From contig CBDCSU010000005.1 in the NCBI GenBank assembly GCA_965221775.1, positions 441,216 to 505,215 of the forward strand: a DNA stretch of 64,000 bases. Direction: 5' to 3'. The notes below the pieces were generated by a model that worked only from the letters and a program-made list of their open reading frames with translations, made no database searches and was not told the origin of the DNA. This document shows positions 21,920 through 31,030 of this stretch, one piece after another; the first letter of the stretch is position 1; each line of letters opens with the position of its first letter. The position numbers and the translations under genes were made by a program. The DNA comes from Candidatus Latescibacterota bacterium. Its GTDB lineage: Bacteria > Latescibacterota > UBA2968 > UBA8231.

Positions 21920-23185
21920 ATGTCGAAGAAACGCAGACTCGGCCGCGGCGTGGCCATGGTGGGAGCCGGCATGTCCCGCTTCGGCATCTTCCCCGAACGC
22001 GACTCCAAGGACCTCTTCACCGAGGCCTTCCAGTCGATGCTCGCCTCCGTCGACAAGGGCGTCGACCCGGGCGACATCGACGCCCTCTACCTCGGCAACT
22101 TCACCAACGACTTCTTCGCCGGCCAGTCCCACTGGGGTCCCATCCTCACCGACGCCCTCGGCATGATCCCCAAGCCGGCGACGCGCACCGAGGGCGCCTG
22201 CGCCTCCAGCGCCATCGCCTTCCGCGAGGGCGTCTTCGCCATCGCCTCCGGGTTCTACGACATGGTCCTGGTGGGCGGCGTGGAGGAGATGTCCAAGCGC
22301 TCCACCGCCGACGTGGCCGAGGGCCTGGCCCTGGCCGCCATCCCTTACGAGCGCCAGTCGGGCTTCACCTTCCCCGGCGTCTTCGGCGCCATCGCCACCG
22401 CCTACTTCGACCGCTACGGCGCCGGCCGCCGGCACCTGATGGACGTGACCATCAAGAGCCACGACAACGCGCCCTTGAACCCCAGGGCCCAGTACCGGTC
22501 CTCCGTCCGGACGATCATGGAGGGCAAGGCCGAGCGCGCCCGCAGCCGGGGCGAGGACGTGCCGGAATGGGAGGACGAGAAGGACTTCCTCTCCGACCCG
22601 AAGGCCAACCCCGTGGTGGCCTGGCCCATGCACCTCTTCGACTGCTGCCCCATCAGCGACGGCGCCTGCTGCATCCTGCTGGTGGGCGAGGAGCTGGCCC
22701 GGCAGTTCACCGACGCGCCCCTGCACGTGGCCGGACTGGGGCAGGCCAGCGGCCGCGGACTCCACGCCGCCGAGACCCTGACCAGCTTCGAGGCCACGCA
22801 GCACGCCGCCGCCGAAGCCTACGGCATGGCCGACATGGGGCCGGAGGACATCCAGGTGGCCGAGGTCCACGACTGCTTCTCCGTGGCCGAGATCCTCCAC
22901 CTCGAGGACCTGGGCTTCTACGGTCCCGGGGAGGGCTACAAGGCCGTCGCCGACGGAGCCACCCGCCTCGACGGCCCCAAGCCGGTCAACACCTCCGGCG
23001 GCCTCAAGTGCAAGGGCCACCCCGTGGGCGCCACCGGCGTGGCCCAGCTCGTGGAGCTGTGGGAGCAGCTGCGCCACCAGGCCGGCGACCGCCAGGTGCC
23101 GAATGCGGACCTGCGCGTCGGGGCGGCCCAGAACCTCGGCGGCACCGGCGGCACCTGCACGGTGACCATCCTCGAGAGGAGATGA
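21920..23185 (+). CDS. thiolase-like protein (SCP-x / lipid-transfer type thiolase)
   Basis: The active-site Cys context is EGACASSAIAF. The C-terminal motifs are HDCFSVAEI and GGLKCKGHPVGATG. Confidence 0.85.
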   Translation: MSKKRRLGRGVAMVGAGMSRFGIFPERDSKDLFTEAFQSMLASVDKGVDPGDIDALYLGNFTNDFFAGQSHWGPILTDALGMIPKPATRTEGACASSAIAFREGVFAIASGFYDMVLVGGVEEMSKRSTADVAEGLALAAIPYERQSGFTFPGVFGAIATAYFDRYGAGRRHLMDVTIKSHDNAPLNPRAQYRSSVRTIMEGKAERARSRGEDVPEWEDEKDFLSDPKANPVVAWPMHLFDCCPISDGACCILLVGEELARQFTDAPLHVAGLGQASGRGLHAAETLTSFEATQHAAAEAYGMADMGPEDIQVAEVHDCFSVAEILHLEDLGFYGPGEGYKAVADGATRLDGPKPVNTSGGLKCKGHPVGATGVAQLVELWEQLRHQAGDRQVPNADLRVGAAQNLGGTGGTCTVTILERR

Positions 23186-23613
23186 GCCCCGTGGCCTCCC
23201 CTCCTCCCCCCATTTCGGACGACTCCTTCGGCCGCTTCCTCCTCGAGGAGAAGCTGATGGGCAGCCGCTGCGCCGGCTGCGGCGCCCTGCACGTGCCGCC
23301 GCGGGCGATCTGCCCGGAGTGCCGCGGCACACGGATGGCCTGGGAGCAGGTGAAGGGCACGGGCACCCTCGCCGCCTTCACCTGCATCGCCATGGCCACC
23401 CCCGCTCTGCAGGCCGAGGGCTACGGCCGCGACAACCCCTTCTGCACCGGCGTCGTCGCCCTGGACGAGGGCCCGCGGGTGGTGGCCCGGATCGAGGGGC
23501 TGGACACGACGCGGCCGGAGGAGATCCGCCTCGGCACGCCGCTGCGGGTGCGGTTCCTGCGCCGGGGCGAGGGGGAAGAGGAGCGGGGGGTGCTGGCTTT
23601 TTGTGTAGGGTAG
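23182..23613 (+). CDS. Zn-ribbon/OB-fold protein (DUF35 family, thiolase partner)
   Basis: ATG 23182 overlaps the thiolase stop (ATGA). CAGCGALHVPPRAICPECRG is a rubredoxin-like zinc ribbon, followed by an OB-fold region. Confidence 0.8.
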   Translation: MSPVASPPPPISDDSFGRFLLEEKLMGSRCAGCGALHVPPRAICPECRGTRMAWEQVKGTGTLAAFTCIAMATPALQAEGYGRDNPFCTGVVALDEGPRVVARIEGLDTTRPEEIRLGTPLRVRFLRRGEGEEERGVLAFCVG

Positions 23614-23677
23614 GAGGACCCGCAAGTTGGGTCTTGTTCCTGCGGGGGCATATCTTGCCGGTCGCCGCCAGACAGAA

Positions 23678-24151
23678 ATGAAACCGTCGGTCTACATCGA
23701 GTCATCCATGGTCGGTTACTTGGCCTCCCGCCCCAGCCGGGACGTAGTCGTGGCGGCTCGACAGGCGATTACTCACGATTGGTGGACCAACCACAGACAT
23801 CGATTCGAGCTTCGGGTTTCGGCGCTCGTCGAGGCGGAGATCTCCCGTGGTGACGAGGAGGCAGCCAGACGGCGTCTGGATTGGATCACCGGTATTCCAA
23901 GCTTGGCCATCTCCCAGCAGGCAGCCGACCTGGCAAGGCATCTGTTGTCTGAGAAGGCCATTCCGGCCGGCCATGAGGACGACGCGTTGCACATCGCAAT
24001 CGCCACTGCTCAGGGTGCTGACTTCATCCTGACATGGAACTTCCGTCACATGAACAATGCGGAGATGAAGTCGATAATAGCGAGAGTTGTAGAGTCTCAC
24101 GGATTCACATGTCCGCAGATCTGCTCACCTGAAGAGCTTGGAGGACTCTGA
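23678..24151 (+). CDS. PIN-domain toxin (VapC-like)
   Basis: ATG 23678 lies inside ORF 23627..24151. SVYIESSMVGYL..., DDALHIAIATAQGADFILTWNFRHM and a C-terminal ICSPEEL match a widespread PIN family as I recall it. The gene lies in a low-GC islet. Confidence 0.7.
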   Translation: MKPSVYIESSMVGYLASRPSRDVVVAARQAITHDWWTNHRHRFELRVSALVEAEISRGDEEAARRRLDWITGIPSLAISQQAADLARHLLSEKAIPAGHEDDALHIAIATAQGADFILTWNFRHMNNAEMKSIIARVVESHGFTCPQICSPEELGGL

Positions 24152-24152
24152 G

Positions 24153-24323
24153 ATGATTGACGATCCAGTGGTCGAGGAGATTCGGGAACACCGCAAGGCC
24201 CACGCTGCCGAGCACGGCAATGACCTTGAACGTATTGTGCAGGACCTCCGCAAGCGCGAACGGGAGTCCGACCGGCCCTTGCTGAATCCGGGGCCAAGGC
24301 AATTGGACCCGACCAGGAGATGA
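24153..24323 (+). CDS. small (56-aa) putative antitoxin/partner of the PIN protein
   Basis: ATG 24153 lies 2 nt after the PIN stop, with a GGAGGA motif at 24140-24145. MIDDPVVEEIREHRKAHAAEHGNDLERIVQDLRKRE resembles the small helical partners encoded downstream of this PIN family (recall, not searched). Confidence 0.5.
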   Translation: MIDDPVVEEIREHRKAHAAEHGNDLERIVQDLRKRERESDRPLLNPGPRQLDPTRR

Positions 24324-25411
24324 GTCGAATCAGCCAGATCCTGCCTCCAGAAGTGGTTGCCGCGATCACCCAAGATGACTTCGATCCGAAGCTGTCCGCG
24401 TTCATTCAAGGTTGGGCGAGAACGTCCGGTCCTTTCTCCCGGTATCTGCACGCAAACCGCCTGAAGGTTTCGAAGAAGCTGCGCAAGGCGAAGACGAACG
24501 AGGACCAGCGGGACGTCGGCTTGGAACTGTACGCCGCTTGCTCGTTCTTGTCCGCTGGTGCCTCCGTCATCTATGAACCGAGAGCGAAGGGTCCCGATCT
24601 TCTTGTCTCGATTGACGGCTTGGAGATGTATGTCGAGACAAGACGCGTGCGGGAGAGGGAGGCCACGTTAGGATGGGTGGAGGTTTCCAGGCGACTGCGA
24701 CGGGAGATAGAGCCACACCTGCGGAACCAGTATGTCTTCTTGGGAATCATCGCCTCTGATCACAATCTCAGATGGCGAGGAATATCGCGGCCATCCTTGG
24801 AAGTAATCTTGGAGAGGTACAAAGAAACAAGGGCGTTCATTCTTGCGCAGGTCTCGACCCACCAAGGCGACGAAGTACGGATCCCGGTCGATCCCCTGCC
24901 AGAGGGATTCGCCAAGCTGATAGTTCGGAGGCATCACGAGTCTGTGTTTTCTGTGATGTACCCTGAAGCGGAAGGCAATGGACCCTCCAAACTGCTGCGC
25001 ATCGCCTGCGAGAAGTCACGGCAGGTCGTTCAGGGGCACGTCAACTTTGTCGTGGTGTGGATCGATGCGGGTGGCGAGATGTGCGACGACTTTGAGAACT
25101 CCTTAGGGCAAATTGAGCATGGATTGCGCGAGGAGCCTGATCGCTTCGCAGAGCGCATGGGATATGGATCACCAAGTCATGCCGAAGAATGTTGGCAGGC
25201 CTGCAGTGCACTCCTTGTCCGCGATGCCTGGGGAGATGACCCGCTGCCCCGAACGTCAGCTCCTGAGTGCAGCGGGTTTCTTCGTCACGATTTGGGACAA
25301 AGGCAGCTGTACGAGAACCGGCGGGCCAATCCGCCCTTGCCGGATCGCCTGCTGGAGCTTGTCCGGCAGAGTGCCCGGGTACCATTTCGATCTTTGACGC
25401 CTGCGGCATAG
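24320..25411 (+). CDS. hypothetical 363-aa protein with a possible PD-(D/E)xK nuclease-like core
   Basis: ATG 24320 overlaps the previous stop (ATGA). I recognise no family. LELYAA...KGPDLLVSIDGLEMYVETRR resembles the E...D...E-x-K/R strand pattern of the restriction-endonuclease fold. Confidence 0.45.
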   Translation: MSRISQILPPEVVAAITQDDFDPKLSAFIQGWARTSGPFSRYLHANRLKVSKKLRKAKTNEDQRDVGLELYAACSFLSAGASVIYEPRAKGPDLLVSIDGLEMYVETRRVREREATLGWVEVSRRLRREIEPHLRNQYVFLGIIASDHNLRWRGISRPSLEVILERYKETRAFILAQVSTHQGDEVRIPVDPLPEGFAKLIVRRHHESVFSVMYPEAEGNGPSKLLRIACEKSRQVVQGHVNFVVVWIDAGGEMCDDFENSLGQIEHGLREEPDRFAERMGYGSPSHAEECWQACSALLVRDAWGDDPLPRTSAPECSGFLRHDLGQRQLYENRRANPPLPDRLLELVRQSARVPFRSLTPAA

Positions 25412-25424
25412 GTCCGAGTAGCCT

Positions 25425-26972
25425 ATGACCTCCGCCACCGCTGGCAGGGCCCCCTCGCCCCACGACACCGGGATCTACCCGGCGCGGACCCACCTGTTCC
25501 TGGACGACCACTACGTCGCCCGCCTCGACGGCCTGCGGCGCCTCCCCGGACCGGTCACGCACGCCGCCAGCGGACCGGTGCTGGAGCCGGAGGCGCCCTG
25601 GGAGGGGCTCGGGCTCATCGGCCGCAACGGCATCCTGTGGGACGCGGACGAATCCCGCTTCAAGTGCTGGTACCCGGCCTACGACCCGGCCCTGCCCGCT
25701 GAACCGGTAGGGGCCCGGCGGCGGTGGGCGTACGCCGAGAGCGCCGACGGCGTCCGCTGGGAGCGGCCCGATCTGGGGCTGACCTCCTTCGCCGGCTCCA
25801 CCGCCAACAACCTGCTGCGCCTGGAGGGGCTGGAGGAGTCGGCGGCGGTCCTGTGGAGCGTCGCCAAAGACCCGGACGACCCCGACCCGGGGCGGCGCTA
25901 CAAGGCGATCGGCATGGACCGCCACCCGCGGCGGCCCGGCGAGCCGGCCTGGACCGGGCCCGACGGCGAGGACGAGTGGTACCGCAGCCAGGGACGCCAC
26001 ATGGGCTGCGGCGTCTTCATCGCCTTCTCGGCCGACGGGCTCACCTGGCGCCAGCGCGAGGGCTGGGCCGGGTCCGGGGCCCTGATCATGGACAACTCCA
26101 TCCTCCACGGGTACGACCCCCAGACCCGGCGCTGGGTGCTGTGGCAGCGGCCGCGGATCCTGCCCAAGCACCGGGTCATCGGCGTCAGCTTCTCCCCCGA
26201 CTTCGAGGACTGGACCTTCCCCGAGTGCGTCCTCGTGCCGGACGAGGACGATGCGCCGGACACGCAGTTCGACCAGCTCTCCACGGTGGCCGCCTCCGAC
26301 GGCGGCTTCGTGGGGCTCCTGTCCGCCTCCTCGGAGGTGCGCGCCGACCGCGGCGTGACCGACATCGTGCCGCAGCTCGTCTACTCCCGCGACGCCCGGC
26401 GCTGGACCCGCGTCGACCGCGGGCCCTTCCTGGCTCCGAAGGGGCCGCCGCCGACCTGGGACGACGGCTGCATCATCCCCTTCAACCCGCAGGTCGTCGG
26501 CGACGAGGTCTTCATCTTCTACTACGGCAAGAACGCCGGCCACATCTGGGGCGAGCCCACCGCCGATGGCCGTGTGACCCGCTCCGCCTTCGGGGTGGTG
26601 AAGCTGCGCCGCGACCGCTGGGCCGCCCTGACCCCCGCGGCCGGCGGCTCCGCGGGCGGCGGCGAAGGCACCCTGACCACCACCCTGATCAGCTTCTCCC
26701 GCCCGGAGCTGCGCCTGAACGCCGACGCCTCGGGCGGGACCATCGCCGTGGAGCTGGTGGACTGCCAGAGTGGCCTGGCGGTGCCCGGCTTCGGCCTGGA
26801 CGACTGCGACCCGGTGCAGGGCGACTCCCTGGACCATCGGGTGAGTTGGCGCGGGAGCAGCGACCTGTCGGCCGTCGTCGGCACCGGGAGCCGCCAGCCG
26901 CGGGTGGGCCGGGCCCTCGTGATCCGTGCGCGCCTCAGGGACGGCGCCCGGCTCTACGGGATTTCCTGCTGA
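25425..26972 (+). CDS. GH-like five-bladed beta-propeller protein with C-terminal beta-sandwich (family unassigned)
   Basis: Blade-like motifs are AESADGVRWERP, AFSADGLTWRQ, SFSPDFEDWTF and YSRDARRWTRV. The tail FGVVKLRRDRWAAL...RLNADASGGTIAVEL resembles the 12409 paralog. No signal peptide is present. Confidence 0.45.
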   Translation: MTSATAGRAPSPHDTGIYPARTHLFLDDHYVARLDGLRRLPGPVTHAASGPVLEPEAPWEGLGLIGRNGILWDADESRFKCWYPAYDPALPAEPVGARRRWAYAESADGVRWERPDLGLTSFAGSTANNLLRLEGLEESAAVLWSVAKDPDDPDPGRRYKAIGMDRHPRRPGEPAWTGPDGEDEWYRSQGRHMGCGVFIAFSADGLTWRQREGWAGSGALIMDNSILHGYDPQTRRWVLWQRPRILPKHRVIGVSFSPDFEDWTFPECVLVPDEDDAPDTQFDQLSTVAASDGGFVGLLSASSEVRADRGVTDIVPQLVYSRDARRWTRVDRGPFLAPKGPPPTWDDGCIIPFNPQVVGDEVFIFYYGKNAGHIWGEPTADGRVTRSAFGVVKLRRDRWAALTPAAGGSAGGGEGTLTTTLISFSRPELRLNADASGGTIAVELVDCQSGLAVPGFGLDDCDPVQGDSLDHRVSWRGSSDLSAVVGTGSRQPRVGRALVIRARLRDGARLYGISC

Positions 26973-27000
26973 TAGGGGCGGCGTCCGGCCGTCCGGCGCC

Positions 27001-28077
27001 TCAGGTCAGCCGCCACTCGACGCCGTGCTCGGCGGTGGCCTGGCGGAACCAGTCGATGACCTCGGGGTGGTAGGGGATGCCCCGCTCGGCCCGCTCCACC
27101 GCGGTCTGCGCCTCGGGCCAGCCCGAGTAGAGGACGCGGTCGGCCCCGGGCGCGGGCGGGCACTCGAGCAGGTCGGTGAGGTACTGGTCGAGGTCGGCCT
27201 TGAAGTCGGCGGGATCGCAGAAGCCGGCGATGTCCCAGGCGACGAAGTGGTGGACCGAGTCGCTCCGGCGGCGGGGGCCGGCGCCGGTGGCGGTGAGCAC
27301 GGTGGTGAGCACCTCCGACATGACCGACAGGGCATAGCCCTTCTGCGAGCCGCCCTCCCGGGTCGAGCCGAGGGGCAGCATCATGTAGGACTCGGGGATC
27401 TCCGCCTCTTCCAGGATCGGGGTGCCGTGCTCGTCGGCGATCCAGCCGGGCAGGATCGTCTGCCCCAGGCGCCGGGCCAGGAAGATCTTGTTGGCCGCCA
27501 CCACGCTCGGCGAGCCGTCGTAGACGAAGGGCGGGTGCTTGGCCGCCGGGGCGGCGAAGGCCATCGCGTTGAGGCCGAGGAGGGCCTTCGATCCGAAGGT
27601 GGGCACCATGCCGAGGCCGCCGGTGGTGGTGGCCAGGCCCAGCATGTCCCGCTCCAGGGGCATCTCGGCGTAGTAGGAGCACGGGCCCAGGTGCCCGCAG
27701 TTGACCGCCGACACGGCGCCGACCCCGAACCGCGAGGCCCGCTCCACGGCCTCCTGCATGGCCACGGGGGACACCACCATGCCGTGGCCGCGGTCCCCGT
27801 CGATGAGGCAGGTCGCCTTGTTGTCGCGGACGATCTTCCAGTCCGGCGTCGGGTTGATGTCGCCCGAGGTCAGCCCGCCCAGGTAGAATCGCAGCAGGTT
27901 GGAGACGCCGTGGGTGTCGACGCCCCTCAGGTCGGCGTAGATCAGCACGTCGGCGGTCTTCGCGGCGTCCTCCGCCGGCATGCCGAGGGCCTCCAGCAGG
28001 CGCTCGGTGGTCCACCTCATCTCCTCGGGCCGGACCCGGACCTCCAGGTCCTCGGACACCCGGTACTTCTCCAGCAT
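27001..28077 (-). CDS. Ldh_2 family (malate/L-lactate/sulfolactate dehydrogenase-like) oxidoreductase
   Basis: AAGGAG lies upstream. ADLRGVDTHGVSNL, DGDRGHGMV and GGSQKGYALSVMSEVL are typical of the Ldh_2 family. Confidence 0.8.
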   Translation of the reverse strand: MLEKYRVSEDLEVRVRPEEMRWTTERLLEALGMPAEDAAKTADVLIYADLRGVDTHGVSNLLRFYLGGLTSGDINPTPDWKIVRDNKATCLIDGDRGHGMVVSPVAMQEAVERASRFGVGAVSAVNCGHLGPCSYYAEMPLERDMLGLATTTGGLGMVPTFGSKALLGLNAMAFAAPAAKHPPFVYDGSPSVVAANKIFLARRLGQTILPGWIADEHGTPILEEAEIPESYMMLPLGSTREGGSQKGYALSVMSEVLTTVLTATGAGPRRRSDSVHHFVAWDIAGFCDPADFKADLDQYLTDLLECPPAPGADRVLYSGWPEAQTAVERAERGIPYHPEVIDWFRQATAEHGVEWRLT

Positions 28078-28237
28078 GTGCGGTCTCCTTTGTGGTCCGG
28101 CGCCCGACGCGGCGGACCCGGCGCGTCCGGGGCGGGACCTCCCATCGGCCGGCGGCGCGCCGGAGCCGGACCCGCCGCGGCCGGGCGGACTCCCTTCGCC
28201 GGCGGCGGCGCCGGGCCGGCGGCGGAATCCAGCCCGA

Positions 28238-29485
28238 CTAGGCCGGTTCCGGCTGCAGGTCCAGGGCCAGGGACCGGAAGTCCCGCACCCTGTGGATGGT
28301 GATCCGGTCGTTGTCGTGCTGGTTGCGGGCGCTCTCGGCGGTGCGCGACGAGACGAGCAGGTCGTCGCCGTCGATCAGGGCGGCGTTGTACTGGAACCCC
28401 TGCCCCGGGCCGGGCCAGCGGGCGATGCAGCCGGCGGGGAACCAGTTCAGCGCGTCGAGGCTGTAGAACAGCATGAGGAAGCGGCGCTCGTTGCCGGCGC
28501 CTCCGGCGAGGCCGCGCTCGGCCATGGCCCGCCCCCACTCGACGTCCTGGGCCCGCGTCGGCAGGTTCACCGGCGTCCAGTAGTAGCCGTCGGTCCCGTC
28601 GCGGATGACGTGGAAGTAGACGTTGCCCGGGAAGGGGTGGAACTGGGTGAAGCGCAGGTCCAGCTCTCCGCCCTGGTCCTCCAGGTCGCAGATGGCGCAC
28701 AGGTGGGGCGTGGACTGCCCGTCGATCCGCAGCCGGACGTAGACCCGGACCCTCCCGTCCACGAGGACCACGTTCGGCTCGAGCCAGTGGTCGCCCATGT
28801 CCGGGGCCTGGTCGCGGAAGCTCGGGGCGCCGCTGGCCCCGGGGTACTGGACGGCGGCATCGACCTGCTTGGCCAGCCCCAGGCTCAGGCCGGGCGGCGT
28901 GCCCGGGTAGGTGAGGGGGGCGGAGATGCGCCATGCCGAGGGGTCCATCAGGTCCTCGGCGCCGAGGTCGCCGGCGACGGCGGCGATCCGCGAGCCGATG
29001 CGGTTGAAGTCACCCGCCTCGTTGGCGGCTCCGAAGCACCAGTAGAGGGTGTCGCCGCGCACGGCGTGGGGGGTGAAGGTGTTCCAGTAGCGGCCCCTGA
29101 AGAGGACCACGGGATCGCTCCAGGTGGCGCCCTCGTCGTCGCTGGCCGTCAGCAGGATGTCCCGGCGGCCGCGGCCGTTGCACAGCAGGTAGAGCCGGCC
29201 CCGGTGCACGAAGACGAGGCCGTCGCCAACCCTCGCCCGGCCCTGGCGGCTCCAGGTCCGCCCGTCGTCGTCGCTGATCCAGAAGCGGGTCAGCAGCTCC
29301 TGGTCGGGGTTCCCCGGCAGGCGGTTGAGGCGCGTGAGCAGGGCGAAGCTGCACAGCAGCCGGCCGCCGGGCAGGCGCACCAGGGAGGGGGCGGAGCTGT
29401 AGACCTCCGGGTCGGGGAGGCGGCAGACCTCGGTGTAGTCCTGGGCCAGGGGCCGGGCCCAGCCGTGCGAGGGGATCCGGGTCAT
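28238..29485 (-). CDS. BNR/Asp-box repeat (sialidase-like) beta-propeller protein
   Basis: Asp-box motifs SDDDGRTW and SDDEGATW are present. No signal peptide is present. Confidence 0.6.
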   Translation of the reverse strand: MTRIPSHGWARPLAQDYTEVCRLPDPEVYSSAPSLVRLPGGRLLCSFALLTRLNRLPGNPDQELLTRFWISDDDGRTWSRQGRARVGDGLVFVHRGRLYLLCNGRGRRDILLTASDDEGATWSDPVVLFRGRYWNTFTPHAVRGDTLYWCFGAANEAGDFNRIGSRIAAVAGDLGAEDLMDPSAWRISAPLTYPGTPPGLSLGLAKQVDAAVQYPGASGAPSFRDQAPDMGDHWLEPNVVLVDGRVRVYVRLRIDGQSTPHLCAICDLEDQGGELDLRFTQFHPFPGNVYFHVIRDGTDGYYWTPVNLPTRAQDVEWGRAMAERGLAGGAGNERRFLMLFYSLDALNWFPAGCIARWPGPGQGFQYNAALIDGDDLLVSSRTAESARNQHDNDRITIHRVRDFRSLALDLQPEPA

Positions 29486-29500
29486 CGGGTCAGCCTGTCC

Positions 29501-31030
29501 TCAGTCGCCGAGGGGGACGATCGAGTCCAGGCCCTCGGGCTGGGGCAGTACGTAGCGCACGGGCTGCACCGAGCCGTCGGCGCGGGTCACCCGCTGCACG
29601 CGGCGGGTCTTGATGACCGAGTGCTCCACCAGCACCTCGTCGTCGATGCGGCAGCCGTAGAGGTAGCTGGTGCCCTTCACCGTCACCCCGGAACCGACGC
29701 GCATGGGATGCTCGTCGGAGCCGGTCATGATGACGCCGGACTCGATGCGGCTGCCGGCGCCGACGACGGTGTTGCCCTTGAGGACGCTGCGGTCGAGGAC
29801 CTCCACCCCCTCCTCGAGGACCATCACCTGCCGGGGATAGGTGCTCAGGCGCACGCCGGCGCCGATGCGCACCCCCTCCCCCAGGACCACGCGGCCGCTC
29901 AATTCGCAGCGGTCGCCGAGGTGGACGCGGCGGTCGAGCTGCACCCCGGCGCCGACGCTGGCGCCCTTGCCGATGACGATGTCCAGGGGGCCCCGGTCCT
30001 TGTCGAGGGCGACGATCTGCTCGATCACCTCGTCGGCGAGGTAGAAGTCCTCGTCGTCGACGATGGTGACGATGTCCATGAGGCGCTCGTAGGCGCGGCG
30101 CCGGGCGATCGCCTCCATGCGGCGCCAGACGCTCTTGACGTTGAAGCCGAGGATCTCGTCGCCGTCGGCGGCGGGCACGGCGCGCACCACGAGACCGTGG
30201 CCGTTGAAGATCTCCACCAAGTCGGTGAGCATCAGCTCGCCCTGCACGTTGTCGGTGTCCATGGCGCCGATGTGGGCGCGCAGGGCCGACTCGCCGAAGC
30301 AGACGACGAGGGTGTTGATCTCGCGCGTCTCCAGCAGCTCCCGGCGGCTGAAGACGTAGCGCCGGCCGCGGCAGGTCAGCTCCTCCGACCCGCCCTCGGG
30401 CAGGCCGAGGATGTCGCCGTGCTCCTTGATGGCGATCACCCGGCCGGCGTCCTCGCCGGCGTCGTTGCCGTCGGCGTCCTCCCGGGGGACCCGGACGATG
30501 CGGCCGTAGTGGTTCTGCTCCGGCGGCCCGTCGTAGAGGCCGGTGAGGACCATCATGTCGCAGGGCTCGGACTCGAAGGCGCGGCGGAAGTGGGCGACCA
30601 CGTTCTCGGTGAGCAGCCCCATGTCGCCGGGGAAGATGTAGACCTGGCGGTCCCGCCCCTCGGGAGGCGGGCCGAAGTGGTCGAGGGCGACGCGCACGGC
30701 GTCGCCGGTGCCGGCGGGCAGCCCGAGGACGGGGTTCTCCTGGTAGGCGAAGCGCCGCCCCGGGCGGGCGCCGAGGTGGTCGGCCACCTCCTCCGCCTTG
30801 ATGCCCACCACGAGCAGCTGGTTCGGGCTCTCCAGGCCGGCGGCGACGGCGTCGGCGACGCGCACCACCGTCGGCCGGCCCCAGATCTGGTGGAGCATCT
30901 TGGAGGTGTCGGAGCGGATGCGCTTGCCGTGGCCGGCGGCCAGCACCACGCCGACGCGCCCCGGCTCCTCCAGCAGGGGCGAGTCCAGCTCGCGCAGGCG
31001 GGCGCGGAGGCGGCGGCCGTCGGGGGGCAT
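29501..31030 (-). CDS. sugar-phosphate nucleotidyltransferase with C-terminal left-handed beta-helix (GlmU-like architecture)
   Basis: The ATG at 31030 overlaps the ppk1 stop (TGATG). VVLAAGHGKRIRSDTSKML is an NTP-transferase P-loop-like motif. The C-terminal hexapeptide repeats read VGAGVQL..., IGAGVRL..., VGAGSRI. Confidence 0.7.
   Translation of the reverse strand: MPPDGRRLRARLRELDSPLLEEPGRVGVVLAAGHGKRIRSDTSKMLHQIWGRPTVVRVADAVAAGLESPNQLLVVGIKAEEVADHLGARPGRRFAYQENPVLGLPAGTGDAVRVALDHFGPPPEGRDRQVYIFPGDMGLLTENVVAHFRRAFESEPCDMMVLTGLYDGPPEQNHYGRIVRVPREDADGNDAGEDAGRVIAIKEHGDILGLPEGGSEELTCRGRRYVFSRRELLETREINTLVVCFGESALRAHIGAMDTDNVQGELMLTDLVEIFNGHGLVVRAVPAADGDEILGFNVKSVWRRMEAIARRRAYERLMDIVTIVDDEDFYLADEVIEQIVALDKDRGPLDIVIGKGASVGAGVQLDRRVHLGDRCELSGRVVLGEGVRIGAGVRLSTYPRQVMVLEEGVEVLDRSVLKGNTVVGAGSRIESGVIMTGSDEHPMRVGSGVTVKGTSYLYGCRIDDEVLVEHSVIKTRRVQRVTRADGSVQPVRYVLPQPEGLDSIVPLGD

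Noticed and set aside
23614-23677. A possible promoter (TTGGGT, 18-nt spacer, TATCTT) and a weak hairpin (CCCGCA...TGCGGG) lie upstream of the PIN gene.
   Set aside because: The matches to consensus are poor, and the stem is only 6 bp with a 16-nt loop. This is not strong enough to annotate.
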